Shown: positions 9,675-18,604 of the stretch, piece by piece
Layout of the letters: each line of letters opens with the position of its first letter
Numbering within the stretch: the first letter of the stretch is position 1
NCBI GenBank assembly: GCA_044225365.1
Contig: JBGAIQ010000039.1
Coordinates: forward strand, 1 to 55,240
Reading direction: 5' to 3'
DNA length: 55,240 bases
Source: Planctomycetota bacterium
GTDB lineage: Bacteria > Planctomycetota > B15-G4 > JADJEK01
The notes under the pieces: generated by a model
What the model was told of the DNA's origin: nothing
Database searches by the model: none
What the model saw: the letters and a program-made list of their open reading frames with translations, nothing else
Translations under genes and position numbers: made by a program

Positions 9675-10762
9675 GACGAGGACTCCAGTACGCGAGCGTC
9701 CTCGGGCTCGAACGAGAACTCCACTTCGTCGCCATTCTCGCAAGGCACTGCACGCATGTCCTGTTCACGCAGGACGGCCGAGACCAGGGCGCCCGATGGC
9801 AACACCCCGACGACACGGGTCGATTCGCCACGGAAGAAGCGCTCACGGATCCTGACACGAAGTCGATTCGAATCGGGTGACGCGACACCGATATGCACCT
9901 TCTCGGGACGCACGGCGATCTCGATCGAAGTGCCCTTGGCGTGGCCGGCCGTGCGGACTTCGATCGCCCCATCCTGCGTCATCACCTTGGTGCGAGTCGG
10001 CGTCGCCTCCACGATCTCGCCCGAGAGGAAGTTGGCCTCGCCGAGGAACGCTGCGACGAATCGCGTGCGCGGCCTGTCGTAGATCTCATGGGGAGTGCCC
10101 ATCTGCGCGATCTTCGCATCGCTCATGACGGCGACGCGATCCGACAGCATGAGTGCTTCTTCCTGGTCGTGAGTCACGAAGACGAACGTCACCCCGAGCT
10201 GTTGATGGAGCGCCTTCAACTCCTGCTGCATTTCGCGACGGAGCTTGAGATCGAGAGCGCCGAGCGGTTCGTCGAGCAGGAGGATCGGCGGTTCGAGGAC
10301 GAGGGCACGCGCGAGCGCGACGCGCTGCTTCTGCCCACCAGAGAGTTCGGAAGGCTTCCGTGCGCCGAAGCGATCTTGGGGCAAACGCACGAGGTCGAGC
10401 GCCTTCTTCACTCGCTGTTCGATCTCCGGCTTTGGCCGTTTGCGCTGCTGAAGGCCGAACGCAACGTTCCTCGCGACGTCGAGATGAGGAAAGAGCGCAT
10501 AGCTCTGGAAGACCATCCCGAGGTTCCGCTCGTAGGGCGGCACGTCGTTGACGATGCGCGAACCGAGTCGGACCTCACCCCCGTCGCGGTCCGGTCGCTC
10601 GAAGCCCGCGAGCAGGCGCAACGTCGTGGTCTTGCCGCAGCCCGACGGACCGAGCAGCGAGAAGAACTCGCCGCTCTCGATCGTGAACGAAACCGAGTCT
10701 ACGGCCTTCGTTCCCGCGAAGGTCTTGCTCACGTTGCGAAAGTCGACGAGAGGATCGCTCAA
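9671..10762 (-). CDS. potA: Polyamine ABC transporter ATP-binding protein
   Basis: GPSGCGKTT, LSGGQKQRVALARAL, LLLDEPLGALD, VTHDQEEA, TOBE-like C-terminus. Confidence 0.93.
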   Translation of the reverse strand: MSDPLVDFRNVSKTFAGTKAVDSVSFTIESGEFFSLLGPSGCGKTTTLRLLAGFERPDRDGGEVRLGSRIVNDVPPYERNLGMVFQSYALFPHLDVARNVAFGLQQRKRPKPEIEQRVKKALDLVRLPQDRFGARKPSELSGGQKQRVALARALVLEPPILLLDEPLGALDLKLRREMQQELKALHQQLGVTFVFVTHDQEEALMLSDRVAVMSDAKIAQMGTPHEIYDRPRTRFVAAFLGEANFLSGEIVEATPTRTKVMTQDGAIEVRTAGHAKGTSIEIAVRPEKVHIGVASPDSNRLRVRIRERFFRGESTRVVGVLPSGALVSAVLREQDMRAVPCENGDEVEFSFEPEDARVLESSS

Positions 10763-11787
10763 CGCTTTGGAGGCTTCTGCTCGCTGGACTTCTTCGCCTT
10801 CAACGCTTCTTCCTCGGGATAGGCCCGCACCTTGAATTGCGGCGTCTTCAGGCGCTCGAAGAACTCGCTGGCCTTGACGGCGGATGCGTCGTCATCGATC
10901 GAATACAGCCAGTATTCCTCGATGTCGCCGCCGTTCATCGCAAGCTGCATCGTGCCCTGGCTCCTGTGCGCCGCGATCGCCCAATTCACCACGATCTTGT
11001 AGTTGAGCTTTCCCTGGTATCCGAACGGTTCGCTCCGATCGAAGGTGAATCGCGGTGCGTTGGGTTTGGGAATCGTCGACGATTCGCCGGGGAGGCCCGT
11101 GTAGGGATCCTTCGGTTTGTCGGTCTTCGTGAGACCGCGAACTCCGAGGATCACCGGGCGATGCCCTTCTGGTATTCGTGCGATCGCCTCGAGTGCGAGC
11201 AAGGTCGCGCATTGGTGATGAGCGTGGGTCTCGTTCGACGGCAGATGGGTGAAGACGAAGTCGTACTTGCCTTCCGCGAGGACGCGATCGATCGAGGATC
11301 GGACCCTCGCGAGATTCCAAGGCGAGGTCACGGCATCGAGGACGTGTTCCCGGTCGTTGGAGTATCCGTCGTCCTTCTCGTTGAGGAGAAAGAGGTCGCG
11401 AGCGCCCAGGACCGAGAGCCCCGACATCAACTCGCGGCGGCGAATCGCGGGCAGTTCCTTGCGTCCGACCTCCGGGTCGGTGAGTTCGAGCCCATAGAGT
11501 CGTTCGGCGAGCGTCGAGTACTTGTAGCCGCCTTCGCCGTTCGTGATCGTGAGGACGTCGCATCCAGCTCCGAGCATCGTCGACGATTTGTAGAGCGTGC
11601 CGGCGAAGGCGAGTTCGTCATCGGGATGAGCGACGATGCAGAGGATTCGCGGCGACACTTCGCGACCCATCGACGTGATCGACTCACGTTGGTAGGGCGA
11701 CGAATTCACGAGCGCACAGCCAGTCGCCGCAAGCAGACAGCCGAGCAGAAGGGCGGGCAGAGATGTAGTTCGTTGCGAGAAGTGCAT
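10759..11787 (-). CDS. PIG-L/LmbE-family N-deacetylase, probable lipoprotein
   Basis: IVAHPDDE, TNGEGG, HAHH, AHRSQ; LAATGC lipobox; 4-nt overlap with potA. Confidence 0.85.
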   Translation of the reverse strand: MHFSQRTTSLPALLLGCLLAATGCALVNSSPYQRESITSMGREVSPRILCIVAHPDDELAFAGTLYKSSTMLGAGCDVLTITNGEGGYKYSTLAERLYGLELTDPEVGRKELPAIRRRELMSGLSVLGARDLFLLNEKDDGYSNDREHVLDAVTSPWNLARVRSSIDRVLAEGKYDFVFTHLPSNETHAHHQCATLLALEAIARIPEGHRPVILGVRGLTKTDKPKDPYTGLPGESSTIPKPNAPRFTFDRSEPFGYQGKLNYKIVVNWAIAAHRSQGTMQLAMNGGDIEEYWLYSIDDDASAVKASEFFERLKTPQFKVRAYPEEEALKAKKSSEQKPPKR

Positions 11788-12011
11788 CGAGGCTCCGGAG
11801 TGCTTCAACGCGGCGACGAGTTCTTCGAGCCTCTCCATTCTGCAAAGCGCGATCTCTCGACGCATCGGGAATCTCCCGTTCGTTCGAATCGAGGGCCGCC
11901 TTCGACATCCCGCTCTCGGTTACGCTGAAACCGGCTCGATCGGTCGGTATCGAAGTCCGAACCGCCCCGTCGGGGCGGGCGATCTTCTGTCGAAGGACTC
12001 CTGGACCCGTC

Positions 12012-12995
12012 ATGAAGCGAAGCGATTCGATCGTCTTTTGGAGCGCAGCCGCAGCCACGACCCTTGCGTTCCTCGGTTACACGGCAAGCCGAGCTCGTGG
12101 CGCACTCGGCGACGATCGGCCCATCGCGCTCGGCGCCGTTCACTATCGAGCGAGCGTCGATTCGGCGCTGTCCGAGGCCAAGACGAGCGGCAAGCCCGTC
12201 TTCCTGCAGTTCCAGGAAGTTCCGGGTTGCGCCACTTGCCAGTCCTTCGGTCGCGAGGTGCTGTCGAATCCCCTGCTCGTCGACGCGATCGAGGAGCACT
12301 TCGTTCCGGCCATCGTCTACAACAACCGCGCGGCGGACGAGTCCCTCCTCCATCGCTTCTCCGAACCCGGGTGGAACAATCCGGTCGTGCGCTTCCTCGA
12401 TGGCGAGGGGAAGGACCTCCTGTCGCGAAAGGACGGGCTCTACCGTTCGCATGAGATCGCCGCGCGCATGATCGAGGCTCTCGAAGCGCAGAAGCGCGAT
12501 GTTCCGCTCTACCTCGCGCTCGCTCGCGACGAGGCCGACCCCGGCCCGCGCGCCGCGATCGTGTTCGCGATGTCGTGCTTCTGGGAGGGTGAGGGGCGCC
12601 TCGGCGGCCAGAACGGAGTCCTCGCGACGCGCGTCGGCAGCGTGAAGGGCCGCGAGACCGTCGAAGTCACGTTCCTCGCACAACGCCTCGACGTCGGATC
12701 TCTCGTGAAGAACGCGCTCGCAATGGACTGCGCCGGTGCCATCTACTGCGAGGACGCGGAGACCCGCGCCAAGATCATCGCCGCCTCCCCCATCGCCAAG
12801 GACCGTCTCGAGAGCGGGGCGTTTCGATTCGAGGAATCTCCGGCATCCGACCAGAAGCATGCGCTGCGGAGCAGCCGGTTCGCGGCCCTCGACCTCACGC
12901 CGAGCCAGGCGTGTCGCGTCAACTCAGCCGTGTTCCTGAAGGGCGACCCGACGCGGTGGCTGTCCGCTCGACAGGTCGCAGCGATCGCGAAATAG
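12012..12995 (+). CDS. VPGUxxT-type thioredoxin-like protein (Cys form) fused to an MsrA-like domain
   Basis: FLQFQEVPGCATC, WNNPVVRF, FAMSCFWEGE...GVLATRVG. Confidence 0.75.
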   Translation: MKRSDSIVFWSAAAATTLAFLGYTASRARGALGDDRPIALGAVHYRASVDSALSEAKTSGKPVFLQFQEVPGCATCQSFGREVLSNPLLVDAIEEHFVPAIVYNNRAADESLLHRFSEPGWNNPVVRFLDGEGKDLLSRKDGLYRSHEIAARMIEALEAQKRDVPLYLALARDEADPGPRAAIVFAMSCFWEGEGRLGGQNGVLATRVGSVKGRETVEVTFLAQRLDVGSLVKNALAMDCAGAIYCEDAETRAKIIAASPIAKDRLESGAFRFEESPASDQKHALRSSRFAALDLTPSQACRVNSAVFLKGDPTRWLSARQVAAIAK

Positions 12996-13086
12996 TTGAA
13001 ACGCAGAATTACTCCCGCCGCGCCCGGTTGGGAGGAGTCGCTACCAACCCCTACCATTCACGATCGTTTTTTTGTCGAGTGCGCAC

Positions 13087-13890
13087 ATGTCCGTGCGCTT
13101 CCAGAATCGTTCGCTCATCCGCGCCGCGGCCTTCTTCGTCGGCGATCGCATCGACACGCGCGCGCTCGAGACGACGGAGCGGCTCGCAGCGTTCCCGCTC
13201 CTCATCGCCGCCGGTGAGCAGGGGTGTGCCGCCATCTTTCGGTACGGGGCGGTCGTGCTCTTCGACCTCACGCCGGTGGAGCAGGCTTCGTTCTTGAAGC
13301 ACCTGCAGGCCTTCGTGCAGGCACCGTCGCCGAAGCCGGAGACCGAGGAAGTCACGTTGAAGCTCGATGCGACGACGGAGGACGAGCGAGCGGACAACGG
13401 GCTCGTCACGGTGAAGGACTTCTCGAACGAGCGGATCCTGACAGTCGCCGACATCCTGGCGAAGAGCGTGATCCTCGCGCGTTACGAGTCGAGCGTGGCC
13501 GCGATCTTCGATTCGATCGAGCCGCTCGCCGAGCGCCTTCGCCAGGGCGAGGGGGCTGACCCGCACGGCAAGCCGTTGCTCGCGCACATCGGTAACGCAC
13601 TGCTCATCCAGCATCGAATGGTCGGTCGCGCCGAGATCGAGGACAAGCCCGAGGTGTTGTGGAACCTGCCCGATCTCGAGCGATTCTACGTCCGGCTCGA
13701 GGACGAGTACGAGCTCGTCGAGCGGCATCGGGTGCTCAATCGCAAGATCGACCTCATTTCGAGAACGGCGGAGACGCTGCTGCAGCTCTCGCAGGCCCAG
13801 CGGTCGCTGCGCGTCGAGTATTACATCGTGATCCTGATCGTGTTCGAGATCGTCATCACGCTGATCGATATGTTCGTGATGCGGCGGTAG
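13087..13890 (+). CDS. RMD1/DUF155-family protein
   Basis: IFRYGAVVLF, LAKSVILARYE, DKPEVLW..PDLERFY..LEDEYEL.ER, C-terminal TM helix. Confidence 0.88.
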   Translation: MSVRFQNRSLIRAAAFFVGDRIDTRALETTERLAAFPLLIAAGEQGCAAIFRYGAVVLFDLTPVEQASFLKHLQAFVQAPSPKPETEEVTLKLDATTEDERADNGLVTVKDFSNERILTVADILAKSVILARYESSVAAIFDSIEPLAERLRQGEGADPHGKPLLAHIGNALLIQHRMVGRAEIEDKPEVLWNLPDLERFYVRLEDEYELVERHRVLNRKIDLISRTAETLLQLSQAQRSLRVEYYIVILIVFEIVITLIDMFVMRR

Positions 13891-14087
13891 GTCGGAGCGG
13901 AGAAGAGCCGCGCTGGAGCGCGGCGGTCCAATGTCGCGCGGTTCGACATGTTCGTGATGCGGCGGTAGGTCGGAGCGGAGAAGAGCCGCGCTGGAGCGCG
14001 GCGGTCCAATGTCGCGCGGATCGATATGTTCGTGATGCGGCGGTAGGTCGGAGCGGAGAAGAGCCGCGCTGGAGCGCGGCGGTCCAA
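13863..14087. repeat. Tandem array of ~2.9 x 78-bp units, each made of the RMD1 gene 3' end plus one REP hairpin
   Basis: ATGTTCGTGATGCGGCGGTAG at 13870, 13948, 14026; GCCGCGCTGGAGCGCGGCGGTCC at 13907, 13985, 14063. Confidence 0.92.
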
Positions 14088-14097
14088 GCGGGAGGGA

Positions 14098-14682
14098 TTA
14101 CGTCAGCACGACGACGAGCGAACGCGCCCCGTGCGCGCCGATCACCATCGCCTGCTCGATATCGGCGGTCTTGGAAGGGCCGGAGACGAAGAGGCCGAAG
14201 ACGCTGTCGTCGAGGGAGACGCGCTCCATCGCTTGGTGCATGTTGTGCACGATCTCGCGGCGATCGACCACGACCACGCTGTGCTGGCATAAGAACCACG
14301 CCGCGCGCGGCCGATCGCCAGAATCACGAACGAAGACGGCGCCGTTCTCCGCGACGCCGAATTCGCCGTTCAGGATGCAAAGGTCGCTGTCGGCCGCGGA
14401 ATGCGGATCGTCGTCACGCTCGCAACCTTCAATCGCGGCGATGAAGGAGTCGATGCGCTGCGCTGCCTGAACGATCGGCATTCGCGAGAGGACCGCGGCG
14501 ATGGGCTCGAAGGGCGCGTCGACGACCTGGCCGCCCGCGGCGACGACCATTTCCTTGAACTTCGCGAGGGGATCGTCGTACGTCGTCCACGGTCCTTCGC
14601 TCGAACCTTGCGAGAGTGGAGGCGCCTTCGGCGCGTTCGCGGCGCGCAGACGCGCGAGGATTCGGGAGCGGGCGTCATCCAC
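14098..14682 (-). CDS. lutC: Lactate utilization protein C (LUD domain)
   Basis: GEFGVAENGAV, FVSGPSKTADIEQAMVIGAHG; GTG start overlaps the lutB end. Confidence 0.88.
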   Translation of the reverse strand: MDDARSRILARLRAANAPKAPPLSQGSSEGPWTTYDDPLAKFKEMVVAAGGQVVDAPFEPIAAVLSRMPIVQAAQRIDSFIAAIEGCERDDDPHSAADSDLCILNGEFGVAENGAVFVRDSGDRPRAAWFLCQHSVVVVDRREIVHNMHQAMERVSLDDSVFGLFVSGPSKTADIEQAMVIGAHGARSLVVVLT

Positions 14683-16045
14683 GGCGCTTCTCCCTCTCGG
14701 CCCACTGCTGCTGGAAGCTCTGCTTCGGCGCTTGCGGCAGATCGCGCGACTTGGTCCAGCCGATGGGCAAACCGTTCGTGAGCCGAGTCGGCAGGATCCG
14801 CAGCGAGAAGCGCGCGAGCCGGCCCAGGGCGCGGTACCAGGTCGGGCGGCGGAGCACCTCGGAGAGGATCCCCATCGCCGCGGATTCCGACTTCGAGCCG
14901 TGGCCATGCTCCACGATCTCCCGGCGCCACGCGAGCAATTGATCGTGGAGGTCGACCTTGACCGGGCAGACCTCGGAGCACGATCCGCACAGGCTGCACG
15001 CAAAGGGCAGGCTCGCGTGCTTGGCGGCATCCTTCATCGGCGCGAGCACGGAGCCGATCGGTCCCGCAACGGTGACGCCGTAGCTGTGGCCACCGCTACG
15101 GCGGTAGACCGGGCAAGTGTTGAGGCACGCGCCGCAGCGAATGCACTGCAGCGAAGTGCGGTGATGATCGTCGTTCAGCAAGGCGCTGCGACCATTGTCG
15201 ACGAGCACCACGTGCAGCTCCCCGCCCTTGCGCGGCGAACGATACATCGAGGTGTAACTCGTGATCGCCTGACCCGTCGCCGAGCGAGCGAGGAGGCGTA
15301 AGAAGACGCCGAGATCCGCCATCGTCGGGATCAGCTTCTCGATCCCCATGCACGCGACGTGCAGCTTGGGCAGCGAAGTCCCGAGATCGGCGTTGCCTTC
15401 GTTGGTGCACACCACGATCGTTCCGGTCTCCGCGACCGCGAAGTTGACACCGGTGATCCCCGCATCCGCGCCGAGGAACTTGCTGCGCAGGTGAGCGCGT
15501 GCCGCTTCGGTGAGCCGGGTCGGATCGGTCTCGCCCGCCGTCGTTCCGAGCACGCGGTGGAACAGCGCGCCGATGTCCTCGCGCTTCAGATGGATGGCGG
15601 GAGCGACGATGTGGCTCGGCGGCTCGTGTCGGAATTGAACGATTCGCTCGCCGAGGTCGGTATCCACCACTTCGATGCCACGCTCCTCGAGGAACGGGTT
15701 GAGACCGCATTCCTCGGTCAGCATCGACTTGCTCTTCGCGACGAGCTTCACGCCGCGCGCCTTGAACAGGTCGTACACGATCGCGTTGTGCGCGGCGGCA
15801 TCCTCCGCCCAATGAACGACGATCCCGTGCGCCGATGCAGCCCTCTCGAATCGTTCGAGATGATCGGCGAGGTTCGCGATCACCTGCTTCTTGATCGCCG
15901 CCGCACGCGAACGCAGTTCTTCCCATTCGGGCAAATCGCTCGCCGCACGATCACGTTTCGATCGGACGTAGTAGACGGCCTTGTCGTGCCACTTCGCCCG
16001 CGGACCATCCTGCAGGAATGCGCTCGCCGTTTCGGGATGGCTCAT
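14675..16045 (-). CDS. lutB: Lactate utilization Fe-S protein B
   Basis: KSKSMLTEE, DTDLGERIVQ, PSHIVAPAIH, TNEGNAD, CIRCGACLNTCPVY, CSLCGSCSEVCPV. Confidence 0.93.
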   Translation of the reverse strand: MSHPETASAFLQDGPRAKWHDKAVYYVRSKRDRAASDLPEWEELRSRAAAIKKQVIANLADHLERFERAASAHGIVVHWAEDAAAHNAIVYDLFKARGVKLVAKSKSMLTEECGLNPFLEERGIEVVDTDLGERIVQFRHEPPSHIVAPAIHLKREDIGALFHRVLGTTAGETDPTRLTEAARAHLRSKFLGADAGITGVNFAVAETGTIVVCTNEGNADLGTSLPKLHVACMGIEKLIPTMADLGVFLRLLARSATGQAITSYTSMYRSPRKGGELHVVLVDNGRSALLNDDHHRTSLQCIRCGACLNTCPVYRRSGGHSYGVTVAGPIGSVLAPMKDAAKHASLPFACSLCGSCSEVCPVKVDLHDQLLAWRREIVEHGHGSKSESAAMGILSEVLRRPTWYRALGRLARFSLRILPTRLTNGLPIGWTKSRDLPQAPKQSFQQQWAEREKRRG

Positions 16046-16800
16046 GCATCCCCGTTTCGGCCGGCAAGGATCTGCGCGACGTGCATCGCCTTCAGCTTCC
16101 GGCCTTGGCGGTGGATGAGACCGTTGAGATGCAGGAGGCACGAAGTGTCCGTCGCCGTGACGATGCTCGCTCCCGCCGCTTCACAGCGATCGAGCTTGTC
16201 GCAGCCCATCGAACACGACACCGCATCCTCCTTCACCGCGAACGAGCCACCGAATCCGCAGCATTCGTCGGCTCGTTCGAGCGGGGCGACGACGAGGCCG
16301 TCGATCTTGGTAAGCAGCGATTCGACCTTGTCGGTCCGCTCGCTCGATGGAACGCTCCGCTCGCTCGGCGTCGTGAGTCCGAGTTCGCGCACGCCGTGGC
16401 AGGCGCGATGGACCGCGACGCGATGCGGGAACCTCGTCGCCACGCTCGTCACCTTCAACACGTCGCAGAGGAACTCGCAGAGCTCGTACGTCTTCGTCGC
16501 GACGGGTTGCCATTCAGCCGGCGTGTCGAACAACTCGGCGTAGTGCTTTCGCACCATCGCGACGCACGAGGCGGAGGGCGACACGATGTAGTCGTACTCC
16601 GTGAACGTGGCGACGAAGTGCCGCGCGATCGGCTTCGCTTCGATCGAGTAGCCGGAGTTCGCGAGCGGTTGTCCGCAGCACGTCTGATCCTTCGGGACGA
16701 CCACTTCGCAGCCGTAGCGACGCAGGACCTCGACGGTCGCCCAGGCGACGTCGGGCTCGAATTGATCGACGAAGCAGGGGACGAAGAGGGCGACTTTCAT
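16042..16800 (-). CDS. lutA: Lactate utilization protein A (two CCG domains)
   Basis: MKVALFVPCFVD, QTCCGQP, ECCGFGGSF. Confidence 0.93.
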   Translation of the reverse strand: MKVALFVPCFVDQFEPDVAWATVEVLRRYGCEVVVPKDQTCCGQPLANSGYSIEAKPIARHFVATFTEYDYIVSPSASCVAMVRKHYAELFDTPAEWQPVATKTYELCEFLCDVLKVTSVATRFPHRVAVHRACHGVRELGLTTPSERSVPSSERTDKVESLLTKIDGLVVAPLERADECCGFGGSFAVKEDAVSCSMGCDKLDRCEAAGASIVTATDTSCLLHLNGLIHRQGRKLKAMHVAQILAGRNGDA

Positions 16801-16806
16801 CGGAGT

Positions 16807-18114
16807 TCAGCGGCGCCGGGACGCCCAGACCTTGCCGCTCGGGTATGCGTAATCGCGCAGGCTCTCGTTCTTCATCTCGACCGAGAAACCTGGACGCTTT
16901 GGCGGCACGTAGTGACCGCGCACGATCTCGATCGGGTCGAGGAAATGCTCGTGGAGGTGACCGGCATGCTCGACGACGCGGTTCTCGAGACTCCCGGACA
17001 CGCAGATGTAGTCGATGAGGGAGAAGTGCTGGACGTACTCGCACAGGCCGACGCCGCCCGCGTGCGGGCAGACCGGCAGATCGAACTTCGCGGCGAGCAG
17101 CATCACGGCGAGCACTTCGTTGAGGCCGCCGAGCCGGCAGCCGTCGAGCTGAACGAAGTCGATGGCGCCGATCTGCATGAACTGTTTGAACATCACCCGA
17201 TTCTGGCAGTGCTCACCCGTGGCGACGCCGATCGGCGATACGGCCTTCGCGATGCGCGCGTGGCCGAGCACGTCGTCCGGGCTCGTCGGCTCCTCGATCC
17301 ACCAGGGCTTGAACTCCTTCAAGTGGCTCATCCACTCGATCGCCTGATCGACGTCCCAGACCTGGTTCGCATCGACCATCAGCTTGCGATCCCAGCCGAT
17401 CTCCTCGCGAATGATCTTGCAGCGCCGCACGTCCTCTTCGAGCGACTTGCCGACCTTGATCTTGATGTGGTTCCAGCCGGCGGCGACCGCTTCGCGACAC
17501 AACTTGCGGATCTTGTCGTCGCTGTAGCCGAGCCAGCCGGCCGACGTCGTATACGCCGGGTATCCGTCCTTGCGCATCTGCGCTTCACGCGCGGCGCGTC
17601 CGCTCGCTTTGGCATTCAGGATCGCAAGGGCATCGTCGGGCATCAAAGCATCGGTGATATGACGGAAGTCGATCGCGGCGACGAATCGCTCGGGCGACAG
17701 ATCGACGATGTACTTCCACAGCGGCTTCTTCGCTCGCTTGCTGAGGATGTCCCACACCGCGTTCACGACCGCCGCCGTCGCGAGGTGGATCACGCCCTTC
17801 TCGGGCCCGACCCAGCGCAGCTGCGAATCGCCGGCGAGCCGGCGCCAGAATGCGCCCGGATTCTCCTCGATCGCGTCGAGCGAGAGACCGACGACGAACG
17901 ACTTGAAGGCCTCGATCGCCTTGGTGCAGATTTCGTTCCCGCGTCCGATCGTGAACGTCATCCCGTGGCCCTCGAGGCCGGGCTCGCTCGTCTTCAGGAT
18001 GCAGTAGGCCGCCGAATAATCGGGATCCGGGTTCATCGCGTCCGAACCATCGAGGAGATCCGAGGTCGGATAGCGCACATCGATCGCGGTGAGGTCGGTG
18101 ATGGTGAGGGGCAT
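16807..18114 (-). CDS. fucD: L-fuconate dehydratase (enolase superfamily, mandelate racemase subgroup)
   Basis: GSDAMNPDPDYSAAY, FTIGRGNE, YTTSAGWLGY, KIKVG, DANQVW, IEEPTSPDD, CPHAGGVGLCE. Confidence 0.92.
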   Translation of the reverse strand: MPLTITDLTAIDVRYPTSDLLDGSDAMNPDPDYSAAYCILKTSEPGLEGHGMTFTIGRGNEICTKAIEAFKSFVVGLSLDAIEENPGAFWRRLAGDSQLRWVGPEKGVIHLATAAVVNAVWDILSKRAKKPLWKYIVDLSPERFVAAIDFRHITDALMPDDALAILNAKASGRAAREAQMRKDGYPAYTTSAGWLGYSDDKIRKLCREAVAAGWNHIKIKVGKSLEEDVRRCKIIREEIGWDRKLMVDANQVWDVDQAIEWMSHLKEFKPWWIEEPTSPDDVLGHARIAKAVSPIGVATGEHCQNRVMFKQFMQIGAIDFVQLDGCRLGGLNEVLAVMLLAAKFDLPVCPHAGGVGLCEYVQHFSLIDYICVSGSLENRVVEHAGHLHEHFLDPIEIVRGHYVPPKRPGFSVEMKNESLRDYAYPSGKVWASRRR

Positions 18115-18148
18115 TCGAACATCGTCGCCGTCGGCCCTCGAATGTCAA
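18112..18148 (-). promoter_or_regulatory. Candidate leaderless sigma70 promoter of the fucD-lutABC operon with an inverted repeat
   Basis: Minus strand TTGACA-N16-GACGAT-N6-ATG; CATTCGA (18112-18118) / TCGAATG (18138-18144) inverted repeat; the -10 is imperfect. Confidence 0.4.
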
Positions 18149-18426
18149 TCGGGAGTTCCGCAGTTCGACGGGCGGAGAAAAGGACGGGTCCGCGGTGAGG
18201 CCGCGCTCGACGTCCGCGGCGATTTCTACAAACACGATCCGGAGCAAGAGCGAGCGGTTCGCTCCACGACACGTCGCACTAACTCGTTGGTGTGTCGTTT
18301 CCCGCGAGTCGTTCTCGCGAGCAAGAGAGGGTCGCTCTCGAACCGTGCACCGATACGGCACTGCGTTTGATTGGACGATCCCGTCGTCAACGAAGACCGG
18401 CTGCGGCCGGAGAGAAGGAATGGATC

Positions 18427-18594
18427 ATGTTGAGCTGGTCACTCCTGTTCCTCGTCATCGCACTCATCGCCGGAGCATTGGGTTTCTTCGCAGTCGCTGG
18501 CCTCGCCGCCGTATTCGCAAAGGTCTGTTTCGTGATCTTCCTCGTGATGTTCCTCGTCTCGATCATCAACGGCCGCAGCCGGCCCATCGCCTGA
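18427..18594 (+). CDS. DUF1328 (UPF0391/YtjA-like) small membrane protein
   Basis: MLSWSLLFLVIALIAGALGFFAVAGLAAVFAKVCFVIFLVMFLVS; AGAAGGA upstream. Confidence 0.9.
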   Translation: MLSWSLLFLVIALIAGALGFFAVAGLAAVFAKVCFVIFLVMFLVSIINGRSRPIA

Positions 18595-18604
18595 GGAGCT
18601 CGAG

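Noticed and set aside
12219-12239. Selenocysteine recoding in the VPG motif
   Set aside because: The codon is TGC (Cys), not TGA
13863-14087. CRISPR array or repeat-protein ORF (13659..14444)
   Set aside because: No unique spacers; the ORFs stay open only because the period is 78 nt and they overlap real genes
18356-18371. Sigma54 promoter before DUF1328 (CGGCAC-N5-TTGA)
   Set aside because: The -12 element reads GA instead of the conserved GC
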